In this document: positions 39,501 to 52,786 of the stretch, in pieces | Layout: the number at the start of each line of letters is the position of its first letter | Position numbering within the stretch: the stretch's first letter is position 1 | Assembly (NCBI GenBank): GCA_002633005.1 | Contig: NMRA01000029.1 | Coordinates: forward strand, 1,026,086-1,090,085 | Origin: Phoronis australis | Taxonomy: Eukaryota > Animalia > Phoronida | Direction: 5' to 3' | DNA length: 64,000 nucleotides | Program-made: the position numbers and the translations under genes | Notes under the pieces: model-generated | What the model saw: the letters and a program-made list of their open reading frames with translations, nothing else | Database searches by the model: none | What the model was told of the DNA's origin: nothing

Positions 39501-42500
39501 ATTTTCTGAAAGTACAAGCCTGAAGAATTAGATTTTTTCACAGTTTGTCAATCTGTTATTAATCCGAGCATGCTTTATCAAAGGTACATCGATAGCAAAA
39601 TAACAATATCAACAATACTAACAACAAAAAGATTTCTAATGTAAAGTTCAAAATGAAATCTCAAATATGCTGTTACAGCTTTCTAAATTATCGTTTCGCT
39701 TTAATATTATGCAATTTCCGATTTTTTCACGAGTCTGGTTTTTCAATAGGCCCTCACACAAAAGTGGAACACTTGAAAAACAATTCCTAAAAGTTTTTGG
39801 AGAACTTGGCGTAAAGAATAATATGTTGAAGTTTCATGTGACTCTAATCGGTCATTTTCGAGATATGACGTTCCAAAGTTAGCTAAATTTGGACAATTTT
39901 CTGGACTCCAACATAACCCCAAGAACCTCAGGAAATTGCTGTAGATTACAATGAACCAGTTAAAGGTAATGAAGCACAGCAGCTGAAATCAATACAATCA
40001 CATCGAGTAATGGTACATAAGAGTTAAAGGAAATTAGTGAATGATGTTACAAGAAACAGCACGCTACAGATTAGTATAAATGCTTGCTACTTACTGCTCT
40101 CTGGCCCATAAAATCTGACGACAAACTCATGAAGTCCTCCCATAAACGTCACCTCATGTTTACTTTTAAGGCTTCAAACAAGTTAAGGACATAACCGGCA
40201 TTGTAAACAAGCAAATGTTTTCAATATGAAGATAACAGAATTTATATACTACATTAGATACTACTATGATGACATCATCAAGAGGGATGGAGAGATTAAC
40301 AGCACATGCCTAACAACTGCGGTAAAAATTCTCCAGTTCGGGACAGTGAAAAATTAATTATTCTGCTCAAGGTCAGAGCTAGTACCAGATTTTAGCAATA
40401 GATAATACTAGCTTTCCCAATTTCACAAAATAGTGATAAACGATCATTCACATTTATATTATACACTATGGTGCAGAGTTCATTAAAAACGATACGACAT
40501 TCCCTGTTGGACAACCTCTTTCTGTATTTCTCATATTGTCTAAAAACTATACACCATGAGGGTGCATGAAAATGTTGTGTCGGTGGATATTTTCAACAAT
40601 TTTATGAACTGCCAAGTTTATTGTCAAATTGTATTGACAAAAAACACAATGTCCCACATTTGAGAAATATGATGAATCTTTAGCATCAAGAAAAATTCCA
40701 TTTCGTCTGGAAATAGCAGTCTCCCAAATTTTAGAGCCTGTCCCAACTGGATCCTTTTTACTGTACCACAAACTGGAGACAGTGCCATCGTAACTTATTC
40801 ACTTGCACCAACACATTTGCTCAAACTGGCAAAATTCAATAAAAGAGGCTTTTAAAACCAGAGTTCGGCTACAGCATCTGCGAACCATACAGACTGACCA
40901 CAATGTTGTTCCAGCTAAACTTTGACCCAATGTAATTTCCCAACAAGAAGTTCCACGAATTAGAACCAAGATGGCGGAATCTGATGAAGCACTACAATAC
41001 GGTGACGTCACCCTCCCTATGTGCCCACTTGGTCGTCAAGCACAACACTAGCTCACACAGGGCATTTCCCAATAGCTGACTTTCAAAATAGCCACGCCAT
41101 ATTGAAATTCACTAACTCGCCAGGCCGCAATCAGGTTTTTGGTGGACAAGCATTCAGCGCCATCTACAGCTCCCATGTAATGCGGATGGAAGGTTTCAAC
41201 CCACTGGGAGCGTTTTAACACCTTTCCTCCAATTATAATGCCAGCAATTTTCCACTGTTGTGCGGTGGGATATACCAATGCCTTAAGAAAAAGGTAAACC
41301 TTTGAAATAGGAATTGATGAGCAAGGATGTCCTGTTCCATTACTTCCCACTGCAACAAAGCCAGTGGTTGCCGCAGATAAATCGGGGGAGACTTTCGATC
41401 CCAGCCGGTGTCAATTATACTAATCAAACAATGGGAGGGGATGACAGTGGAATTTATTCCTCTGCTTTTATATTTATGAACCCCTATATACGGTAGTAAT
41501 TGAATTTCTGCCCACTAACTCTCAGTCGGGAACAATCGGAAGTCACTTTTATGCTCCCATTACTCTACAGAGCACCAACACGAAACGTCCCCCGTCATGA
41601 CTGCATTAGTATTACGAATGAATTACAGTGCCATAAATCCACAAGATAGAGATTATCCAATATTCAGTTTAACTGTACCCTTATGACAGATGACAAGCTG
41701 TTTGTATCTTGCTCAAAAGTCTTTTAGGACAGAGGAGTGTCAAGAACTGACAAGCAAACGTTGTGATAAAGAATGATTTCCACAACTTGACATTAGCTGA
41801 TGTAAAAACCTCTCATAGTCCAGATGGATGATGAGTGCAACTATTTCCCATGATAACAAAAACACGAACCCTCAAGTTCTGGAGTTATAACAGATCTCAC
41901 AAGGTTTAAGTGTATTACATTACTAAATGTCAGATGAATTTATAATCCATGTTAACTGCGGAGTCAACTTAATCAGAATTATTGGCATGGCAACCACCAG
42001 CACTCAACACCAACATATATTAATGAGTTGCATGTATGTATGTCAACATTAGTAAGTTCAGATGCACCTGCACTTTAAGGTAACACCACACAACGTTTCT
42101 TCAAAATTTAAGCATTTGAAGTGGAGCATTAGCACAGGCACACCCATCTCCAAATGATTCGACAATATTACAGTGTTGCTGCCAGTGTTGAATATGAGCA
42201 GCAGATAGATTCAAGGGCCGATGGTCACTTCACCATTGGATGTAATAACGTTGGGATTTTTTGCCTTTAAAACTACGAGACAACACAGATTCTTTTGAAA
42301 AAAAAATTGTTGGGTTTTAGAATGAGAGTCTGTGGCTGACTGCAGTCTCGATAAGTTTCAATTTCAGATACGTCGCCATTTTTAATGCACCGCAGAAGAT
42401 GCTAACAGGATGCGATGTACCCGGCGACTACACTGCGATTTGAAATTGATCCAGTTTCTGTCTTTAAAAGTGTGCCTAACTGCTTTGAAAATCAATTTGG

Positions 42501-45500
42501 TGAATTAAATTAACTGTGGGCGCTAGCCTTAGCAGTAGGTGTTAGCCTGAACAATAGACGCTCAACTGCAAATTTTCAAAAGTAGAGGGTATAAGGCACT
42601 TAGCTATGCAAAGGAAGCTTAACTCAGACATTTTCAAAAGAAGGGGGTAGGCAGTTACATGGGCATTGGTGTTAAGCCGAGAGATTACACTAACTGGACA
42701 TCTACCAACTGGTAGGAATTCGTAGACATTTCTTTCACACAGCAAAATCTGTTCAATGGCTTCCACCAAAACACAGGTAGAGCAGTGAAGTGGCACAGGG
42801 TAACAGAAATTCTCTGAGTAACTCTCATTTCAGGTACATATAAGAACTAAGGGGTTAGGTTCACAAGTACNATGAATTTATAATCCATGTTAACTGCGGA
42901 GTCAACTTAATCAGAATTATTGGCATGGCAACCACCAGCACTCAACACCAACATATATTAATGAGTTGCATGTATGTATGTCAACATTAGTAAGTTAAGA
43001 TGCACCTGCACTTTAAGGTAACACCACACAACGTTTCTTCAAAATTTAAGCATTTGAAGTGGAGCATTAGCACAGGCACACCCATCTCCAAATGATTCGA
43101 CAATATTACAGTGTTGCTGCCAGTGTTGAATATGAGCAGCAGATAGATTCAAGGGCCGATGGTCACTTCACCATTGGATGTAATAACGTTGGGATTTTTT
43201 GCCTTTAAAACTACGAGACAACACAGATTCTTTTGAAAAAAAAATTGTTGGGTTTTAGAATGAGAGTCTGTGGCTGACTGCAGTCTCGATAAGTTTCAAT
43301 TTCAGATACGTCGCCATTTTTAATGCACCGCAGAAGATGCTAACAGGATGCGATGTACCCGGCGACTACACTGCGATTTGAAATTGATCCAGTTTCTGTC
43401 TTTAAAAGTGTGCCTAACTGCTTTGAAAATCAATTTGGTGAATTAAATTAACTGTGGGCGCTAGCCTTAGCAGTAGGTGTTAGCCTGAACAATAGACGCT
43501 CAACTGCAAATTTTCAAAAGTAGAGGGTATAAGGCACTTAGCTATGCAAAGGAAGCTTAACTCAGACATTTTCAAAAGAAGGGGGTAGGCAGTTACATGG
43601 GCATTGGTGTTAAGCCGAGAGATTACACTAACTGGACATCTACCAACTGGTAGGAATTCGTAGACATTTCTTTCACACAGCAAAATCTGTTCAATGGCTT
43701 CCACCAAAACACAGGTAGAGCAGTGAAGTGGCACAGGGTAACAGAAATTCTCTGAGTAACTCTCATTTCAGGTACATATAAGAACTAAGGGGTTAGGTTC
43801 ACAAGTACTATTACTGCTATTCATTTCCTGGTACACTCCTTCGCCTAGCTTTCCTCGAATTCTAACCAATTACCAAATTCGTAACATTTCCGTTTTTTCA
43901 AAACTCCAACCCGCTCTACTCAAACACGATGCTGCACCATTGGGCAATGTCTGAAAAGCCCTGGGCCATGTCTGAAAGCCCTGGACCATGTCTGAAAAGC
44001 CCTAGGCCATGTCTGAAAAGCCCTGGGCTATGTCTGAAAAGCCCTGGGACATGTCTGAAAAGCCCTGGGCCATGTCTGAAAAGCCCTGGGCCATGTTTAA
44101 AATCACAAGCCATTACTGGACAAATGATTGGAATAGTATTGCTTAGTAGGTATTTATCTTTTATTATTTTGCGGTGAAAATGATGCAGAAATAAATGCCC
44201 AGAAAGTGAAAATAATGTGTAACTAATTGTTGCTTTTCTGAATTGACAGAAACGAAATTACAATACAAAAACACGATGCAGAATTTGCACGCTTGAATTT
44301 TTGCTCATGGAAAAACCCGACTATTCAGTTGGCTGACAACAGAACAATAAAAATAATGAGGTAAACATTTCTCTCTATTTACATTTCTTAGATAATCTGC
44401 ATAATCAAATTTCACAGTATTCGAAATGCTGAACTGAAATACCATAGTTTTACCTTAATAAAATAACCAGCGGAAACATAGAATAACAGATCACAAGCAT
44501 GATCACATTCTTTAACTATTATAAATAACTCCATGTACATCTCATTGACCATATACTGGGTAAATATAGGGCTAAGCCAGTTATTGCTCAATTGTCAACA
44601 ACTCGGGCAAATGGTATCAAGGCACCTGCTTCAAACACTTTAATGAGATATCCCTGCAACAGACACCAGACCTAGCAAACAATGAGCAATCGCTGGCTTT
44701 GATCCCACATACTAAGAGATTAGGTGGTTGTTTCTGAAAACGCCTCGTTGCGTATTTACAGACACATAAATGTTTGTGTTATTGCGTTTGGGTTTCAAAA
44801 ATTACTTATGGCAATTCCTCACTTGTATGGCATACAATATGATGGACAAGTGAAATCAAACTTGTCAAATTTCTCAGCAAAAATAAAGTGTGAGCTAGGT
44901 ATGCATTAGGAGGCAATGTCGTAAAGGTACGTTATTTCCTACACACAAACAGAGCGCCAAAACTTTCTTAGGTTATTAGCTTTTGAAAATAGATAAATAA
45001 CAATATTGACTAAAATTTTAATGGAAGATTACCACAGAATACAGAAACAACTGCACAAAGCACTTCATAAACGATACAAGTAATTCCCAATTGCTAAATA
45101 ATAACAAATATTTAGGACATACCCAGCATTCAAAAAAGATGATGAAATTTCTCTTTTGTAGGAAATGGACAAGTTCAAGAGCAAAAAATAAGTTCATTTT
45201 CAATCCATTCCCGTTATATTTTCTCCAGTTTTCTTCAAATTATTTGCCATAAATGCTTAAGCCAAAACCTTTTCCAGATTTCTTTCTAAAAAAACGACTT
45301 TCTCAGAAATATTTGAACACACCTCGAAACAATAATTTGCATATCAAAGAAGTTAATTGTAAGTCAGTTGACTTAACATCTTTTTAACGCTAATTACATG
45401 TTAGACAATGACACTAAATGAATTTCAATACTGACACACCAAAATTTGAAACTGAAGTGAAACCTAATATCATCAACATAACTCTGTATGCGAATGAACA

Positions 45501-48500
45501 TTTTCGGATCCTATAATCAGCATTCAAATTAATGTTGTGTGGGTTGGAGCGTGTGACGTCACAAGGAGGATCGGTAAATCTGATTGGTTGACAAGGTCTG
45601 AATATACAATAGTAAGAAGTGTGTACATCCACAAACGTACGTATGTCTATTTTTGTCTGCGTGGAAAAGACAATTAACGAGGGCATCTGCCAAAACGGAT
45701 GAAAAAAATTGAGTGACCAGATCGGAAGAACATGGACTAAGGAAACAACCACCGTGATATCAGATTCCTAATTAATCAACTTCAGACAAAAATTATGCAA
45801 TATGTCACTGCCGAGTCTTGGTTTCTCAAATGTTAAGATAAAATCTTAACAATTTTGGACAAAAATATTTTGCTGAAATTACTCCATTTTCATTTTTCAA
45901 GAGCTTTAAACATTATTGTAAATGCCTACAGTTTTTTCGAAATGTTGCTTGATGACTGCAATAGTAAAGACCCCGGCTTTTCACGATAACGGAAAATGGA
46001 CGGAAAATATGCAATTAAAGACCTTGAAAAGGAATCTACTTACGTTAGTAGCAAATGCCACGATTCTAATACTTCTGGTTGTTAATTAGCAAAAATTAAG
46101 AATACAATCCATCAAATTCAACAATTGTGGGCAAAAAACGAACAACAATCATTTTGCAGCAGACATACTCAAATACTCGTTTATTCTTACTGAAGATAGC
46201 GCTGTTATTTTTCTGGTTTTGATGAACTATAAACGTAGCGTGTAGCAGTAAAACGACGAAGTAATAGTAAGGCAATTTCTAGATCATTTTAAGTTATTTG
46301 TCATTTTAAAATCATAGTAACATGGAATTTTCAAAATTTTATGAATGCTAAAATGGAATTTCCCATTTTTTGAAAACAGATAACCAGGGCCTCTAAGTAT
46401 AGTACAGAGTTAGGATTAGTTTGTTGATACATGCCCGATACAGAAAAATCAGAAAATAAAATTTGACTTGTATGCCATATTGTGTCCTAAATTGGTGAGA
46501 TTTTCCCATAAATAAGAAAAGGATCAATTTCACCAAATATTGTTTGATGACAGCTGTGGACTGTAAAATCCTGTTGAAGTAGGGGAAACTAACCCCAAAT
46601 TCCATTTTTTCATCACATTGTATTCTAAACTAAGGAATCTTCCTTGAATTTTTACTTTCAGTGATTCCCAAAGCCATGGCTGTGACCTACTTATCAGTGT
46701 ATGAAGCAATCAGACAGACCTCAGATGACTGGAAAATTACATTTAACAATTCAATTACCCCTTTGAACATTAGTAGTGTCTCACCAATCACAGTAACAGT
46801 GATCCAAAACGGAGGGAAGAAGAATGCTAATTGCTGAACAGTTGGAGGCATAAATTAAAATTAAAATTAAGTCTGTTTCCCTTCATGACTAGCATCTACA
46901 AATTGAAAATTTAATTTGCAATCTGGCAAAAGCGTTACTTTTCTTCGATTAGCTCAATAATTCAGCTGGCTTCAACAAGGAATATGGAAAAAATATTTTA
47001 TCTGACGACCAACCTTTTCATAGAGGTGAGGGTTGGGTAATCGAAAACAAACCTTCTTTTAAAGATGGCCAGAAACGCATTAAAAATTTCTAACAGGTAA
47101 TTTCAATATATTTGTCTGGGTTAATTTCCATATTTGGATGGACGTCTTAAATGCCCATGTTTGGTTAAACGGCAGGTGAATAATCCCTAAGTTTGGGTTT
47201 TATGCCAAATTAACTCGCAAAACAAGGCATTTCTGCAAAAAAACAGCAACCTTATAGGCGAATCATCTGGTACACGAAACCTAGGCATTTTAATGCAAAT
47301 TCTAAGTGTTTTTAAGACATAATGCAAAATTTTCATTTAAAATGTTTTAGTAAAATTGACTGGGGGGGTTATTTTGCTATGAATGTACCGTTCTTGCACA
47401 TGAAAATTTGGCTTAAGAACATGGTCACAATAATAACTTTGACAGTAGCAAGAAGCATATTTTTAGAATCACCGATCTTCCTTCTATCAGAAAATACGAT
47501 ATATACTTTAATGGTTGACAAAGCAGTTTTTTCGAAATTTGACTTAGAGTTGAGGTTGTTTAAAGAGGTCCTAGATACCCTAAAGCTGATGATTTTTAAG
47601 TTTCGTAAATGATGACCGTCTCCACGTGCAACTTGGTAGAATTTATTCTATAATATTGCAAGCATAGTGGGATTGACAAATCCCTTGAAATCGTTTTAAA
47701 ATTCCGATAATGGATAAGGGGTACCACACACTATCAGAATCCAGACCAAGGAAATCCATGGGCACCTGGAAAACTGGGTACCAAAGCACTACTTATGGTA
47801 ATTCAAACATCATGACCTAATTCAAGTACAGATTAAACACCCTAAACCTCCATAGGTCACCATATATTCCACTTATCTTCCTCAATCTCCACTGCTACCT
47901 CCTTCTCCAGATTACAAACATTTTTTACACAAGCGAAGTTACCTTATGGAATCGATGCCGCAAAGCCAGCTTGACTAGCATATTCTGCCACACCTCCCAA
48001 TGGTAGGAATCACCACATAACTAGTACCAAGACAGTTCTATGAGTCTATTGTGGTTCTGAGGATGGAATAACTGGCTCACTGTAGCAAACATTGGCCGAA
48101 AAATGTGCTCAACATAAAATCGCCCAGCGGCCGCAACATTACGGAGTCTGGGTTTGAGACATGCAGCTTAAGGCCAATAGGCAAATAGCCTACCACTCTA
48201 TTATTAGCACTCATTGGAAGTGACGTTACGCCAAGTCTCTTCATCTTTTATAAATGTACAGAAATGCGAGAGATTGGCTCCTGCACCTTGGAACAACTGC
48301 CAGCAGCCAAGTCAGAACTCAAGAATAGTATGCAGGGCTTGGAATGACCAATGACAAAAAACGCGGAAACTTTTACGGTCCAAAACATGCGCGCTACCCA
48401 GCTTTGAAATAGTCGATGTGATGTGAGCCTTTCGCCGACAAAAGTCGGGAGGACTAAAAAAAAAAAAACGTTACCACCATCAGTAGCATGCATCTGCGTC

Positions 48501-51500
48501 TCTTCAGATCGTCCGTCCACTCCCACCCCCACACATTTTTGCCTGCGGAGCCGTAGTTTTGTCACCGCGGTTTACAATCACACGAGCCGCCACGCTATCC
48601 CAGATGCCCCGGCGATGTTGACAATTTACGTTCCTCCGAAACATAAACAGCAACTTCCGCTTTTCGAGGCGAACGTTGTCGGCAAAGCCACGGTAAGAAG
48701 GAATTTGCCGCAGAAATTTTATATGAAATCCGATTTTTTACGCGGAAATATAATAAAATGCGTGGACAGAACATTTGAAAAAAGCGGAAATCCGCGTTTC
48801 CGCGGAAAATTCCAAGCCCTGAGTATGGGACCAGTATAGCCCCTCCTGCGTGCTTGCTGTCTGCTCCAACAACTCAGTATACCATTCAACCATGGCAGAA
48901 GATGAATTGGGACCTTAATGAAATAGTTTTAGAACAGTTTGGTAACAGACTGTCTATTTCACAAGTTTTGTTGAATGTTCACAAAATATTGGCTCTATCC
49001 AGCCACAAAACCAGTCTTTCGTAACACCCCATGAATTCTGTCAACTTGTGACTGCACGTACATATTATCGCAAGGACATCATGAAGCTGGATAGAAGCAA
49101 TATATCTTACATGTATTCAATGAAGCTCCCAATAGTTTTAGTAAAAGCCGTTTCATTTATAATACCGTATGAAAGCAGCTTACTTTACCGCTGCCACCAA
49201 AACATAAATAATAGCCAAAAAGTGTGATCACCAGGGGACTAAATCCTGGATGCCACATTGTGATACCCAGGACTCAAGGCAAGCAAAAGGCTTTGTGGCT
49301 GATCGACAGTACCACCCAGGGCTCGACGCTATTAAAATCGCCAGGTCGCATTTTGCGACCTAGTCAGAATCCCAGGTCGCATTTCCAAAATCCAGCTCGC
49401 ATTCATAAATGCCAGGTCGCAAAATTTTCCCAAAATTTTTACACGTCAAAATTGATTTTGGATCATCGAGAAAATGTTTAGATTATGCTCTTCCCGGAAG
49501 CGTTAAATACTCACAAATTTCAGTTCCCAAAACTGACGTCGTTCATGCAGGTACGGCGTTACTGTTCTACACGACCGCCATTGAAAGTCTCTAGAGCGCA
49601 AGTCGAGTTCCCGACGTGAAAGTTGAATTAGTGCTTTCTAACTGACACGTGCATTCGTGTAGCTAAGTTTGCGATTTGAAAAAGGGAGAAAATGCCTGTT
49701 GAAAAAGTATCCGGGGTTTTGCTAGGTCTGACCTGCTACTGGCTGGCATCAAAGTCGTTAAAGATTCGAACTAACTCCGAGGGCAAATTCCCTCCGCTTT
49801 TTGTTCGCAGCCCACATTTTGCAACTTAACTCATGTTTGAAAAACGTCTGTCGAAAAAAAACATGAAACGATGCTTTAACCGAATAAACAATTCAGTGCA
49901 AATTTCACAACAAAAATGTACGTAGTACTTATGCTGTTTACGTACTCAACAATTAGTTTTCCATGAAGTGAATAGCCTCCAAATAATTCCCGACTCCCTC
50001 CGTGCGAGTTTCCATCTGGTAATGGCAAGTTTGCTCAATACCTTCCAGGTATGGGGAAAATAGGTCAGTCACAAAACGACACGCATGTCACTAGTGTTAA
50101 CTTTCTTTCGGTGGTATAAAACAAAGCCGGGATTTGGTTTTNTATCAGTTCTGGGTTACATCCGTCCCGGGGAATTTCCTAAAGCATCGTAACCGCCAGA
50201 AATCTATGAGTTCATTTTCAAATAAACCATTGGCACCCAGGTGCTTGACAGAGCCAAGCCGGTATACTCTTTCATTTAGGACTGCCGCTGTTCTCTTTTG
50301 ATGTACAGCTTCAAAACGGTGCGCACGCGTGAGTTCACGCACTTGAATCGCTGGAATAGGCCTACATGTACACTTTACGTTGGCAACAACGTGTGAAAGA
50401 CAAATATTTTGCGCACGTAGCCCCACTGAGAAACAAGTAATGGGGTTTGAGAATTTCTTGGCAACTGAAAGTAAAGATGTGATCGCCATTTGGGGTTTAA
50501 TAGGTTGTCATTTTCACTTTGGCTGTCTTATGGGATAAAACCGAGGCGCACATATCTAAGTCACGATTGTCTTGCCGGGACCGCTTGCACGCTAACAACG
50601 GGACCGACCAGTGCCGCAGTGCGATATCAGGGATATTGTCGTGGATATTTGGTAAAGGTAATGAGGACATCTTAAGCGAAAAACAAACGTATTTGTCCAC
50701 AAAGTTTGATAAGTTGATCGCTTAAGATTTAATAGAAACACCACTGTTTTGTGAGGTTTTATCACGTGTTATGTGGCCCGAAACTTTCTTCGACAAATCC
50801 GGAAATTTGCATAAGTGGCCGAAAATGTTAGCCAATGAAACGCACCAATGATCGATTCTGCATATCCCATGGTCACGCGACTTGCTAACAAGTCATCGGG
50901 AGGGCTGTTCTCAGTTAGTGGTCTTTTGAACTTGGATTTGGCAACAACCAAGTAATGGTCGGATTAACAATAGCTGCTTTATATTTGCCAGGTATCTGCC
51001 GAGAAGTGTAAAAACTCAGCTCGCATTCGTTGGAAATTCCAGGTCGCATTTTGCGACTTTATACGAGCTGACAAAAATCTCAGCTCGCATTTCCAAATTT
51101 CAGGTCGCAAATGCGACCTGCAGCTCGTTATGTCGAGCCCTGCCACCGTCTACTGCAAGTTGAGATGGTGGTACTGTCTGTGTGGCTAATAACCAATTTG
51201 TCAAGCCTATTTAATCAATTTATTAGCACCCACAGGAAGTGGTGTCGCTAAATGTGTCATCATTCACACATTTAGGTCAAAGCTTAACACTACAAAGTGA
51301 GTCATCTTTATATCTTAGTGGAAGCAAATTATAAGTTTAAGAATACACACATGTGGATAAACCGAAACTCCATATCAGCAAAGATTAGGATTAAGAACTG
51401 TAGTACCATACTGCTAAGAGTCATAACCCATGAGCTAGATACACAAAATAAATGAGTAGCATGAATAACTGCAAGATGCTCAAAAGCTCAAGTCTCAGTG

Positions 51501-52062
51501 TACTGGCAGTTACCACCCTCATGGACAACAGAATGTTGGCACTTAGCCATTTCTGATGTCAACATCAGGCAAGCACTTGACCTCAAACACAAATGAGATG
51601 AAGCAAGAGTGAATTTTAATATGTTAATAAAGGATTTCATTAGTCTCCATTCTAATCAAGCACGGAAATTATTTACTGGTTTTCTTTATATTCCAACAGC
51701 TGCAAAAAATAATTGGAATGGAAGGCCATAGCCTAGGCTATGTGTCTAGTGCATAGGCACTGAAGCACCTTGAAAGCATCTCTGCAGCGCAATGCAATTA
51801 GGGCATCTAAAATTCTGCAGTATGCATACAAGGTAACAATAAATGGTAGAAGGGGAAATTTATTTCAGGACACAAACCTCTTAAGTGAGCCCAGATAATT
51901 AACGAAAACAATCCTGCACCCAGACGGCAGACGTATTTTCGTCATCCCAAAGCTTGGAAAACAACTCGGTAAAAAATGCCTAATGGAATAAAATGATTTC
52001 AAAAGATACAGTCTGGAAATATCAGCGTTGATACGACTTTGCCCTGGACTAGGCGACGACAT
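36583..52062 (-). CDS. UBE2H: Ubiquitin-conjugating enzyme E2 H, 182 aa, 6 exons
   Basis: Exons: 52062-52010, 40171-40095, 39320-39246, 38660-38568, 37634-37506, 36704-36583 (549 nt). Protein: MSSPSPG...[115 protein letters not shown]...[21 protein letters not shown]. Confidence 0.97.
38638..38895 (-). repeat. Degenerate ~55-62-bp tandem repeat (4-5 copies) spanning the UBE2H exon 4 acceptor
   Basis: Units GATAGATCyTATTGATAAAACyTGGAAAA...AGTAyT..AAG recur; the first unit overlaps the exon 4 boundary. Confidence 0.8.
41934..43808 (+). repeat. Near-identical 938-bp-period tandem duplication split by a single N (probable assembly artefact)
   Basis: 41934-42870 matches 42872-43808 with one mismatch noticed (AGTTCAG vs AGTTAAG). 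The junction is exactly at N42871. Confidence 0.9.
43941..44098 (+). repeat. Minisatellite, ~7.5 x 21 bp (CCATGTCTGAAAAGCCCTGGG)
   Basis: Direct tandem copies; they produce the HGPGLFR and CLKSPG pseudo-ORFs. Confidence 0.92.
48333..48821. mobile_element. Non-autonomous DNA transposon, 13-bp perfect TIR, 6-bp TSD
   Basis: CAGGGCTTGGAAT...ATTCCAAGCCCTG flanked by AGTATG (48327-48332 and 48822-48827). Subterminal CGCGGAAA repeats. Confidence 0.85.
49317..51142. mobile_element. Non-autonomous DNA transposon, 11-bp TIR, 5-bp TSD
   Basis: CAGGGCTCGAC...GTCGAGCCCTG flanked by CCACC (49312-49316 and 51143-51147). Clusters of CAGsTCGCA repeats sit at both ends. Contains N50142. Confidence 0.8.
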
Positions 52063-52786
52063 TTCCCACGATCAATTTGTAGTAAAACGCAAAAACTTCC
52101 AACGCAATGAAAAGTCACCAACAACAATAATAATGGCGGATACTAAGGAGAACTGACTGACGTCATCTAATCACGTGAACACTAAGTCACGCCTTTCGGC
52201 TACAGATGTTGTATTTATTTATCTCTTAATGAGAGAAAAAATTAATGAATCTCAATGTTTGCAGCTTTTGTTTCAAAAAAAATCATTTGTTATAGTGCAT
52301 ATAACAAATATTGCAAAATGTTTGAAATGGTATTGCGAAGGTCAAAATGTACCTTGTGATTGACACTTAGAATTGAGGTCATGGGTCATCAGCTGTTCCG
52401 ATGTAAACAAATGGTGCGAAGAACAAAACATAGGATTGCACAAGTAATGAAATCCAGGATTTGTGCTCCAATAACTTGATGCACAAATTTAAGGAATCGT
52501 TGTCATTAAATGGCTCTGGTATAGTTCAATATTCGTTTTGAAAAACGTTGAGATAAATTGATTTTCCCTTCATATATTCATTTGCAATGAAGTTTTTATT
52601 AAATATGAACCTAATGATTTTAATATGATTTGAATTCTACTTTTAGATTCCGAAATTATCAGATGAAAATCAAAAATGTGTTTAAATGGTCGAGAAAAGA
52701 GACACTAGGGTCAGTAACCCCACCTTAGTCAGTCAGTGATCACATGGTAGTCACGTGACTACTCCAAGCAGACAGGAAAACATGAT
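52063..52786. promoter_or_regulatory. Putative bidirectional promoter for UBE2H and the CapA-like gene, with CRE, E-box and CLEAR-like motifs
   Basis: AATGGCGG (YY1-like, ~52132), TGACGTCA at 52158-52165, TCACGTGA at 52171-52178, TCACATG at ~52740, and the perfect palindrome GTAGTCACGTGACTAC at 52747-52762. Confidence 0.6.

Larger units (their letters stand above)
40172..52009 (-). other. U12-type (minor spliceosome) GT-AG intron 1 of UBE2H, ~11.8 kb
   Basis: The 5' splice site is GTATCTTTT (52009-52001). A branch site TCCTTAAC (40189-40182) lies 10 nt from the intron end, with no long polypyrimidine tract. Confidence 0.85.

Noticed and set aside
41934-43808. 938-bp tandem duplication with twin 84-aa ORFs, read as a recent gene duplication
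   Set aside because: The junction is exactly at a single N and the copies are almost identical, typical of an unmerged contig overlap. The ORFs have no recognisable motif.
43941-44098. Repeat array read as CRISPR or a repetitive protein (HGPGLFR / CLKSPG)
   Set aside because: The 21-bp units are head-to-tail with no unique spacers, and an indel breaks the frame. It is an intronic minisatellite in a eukaryote.
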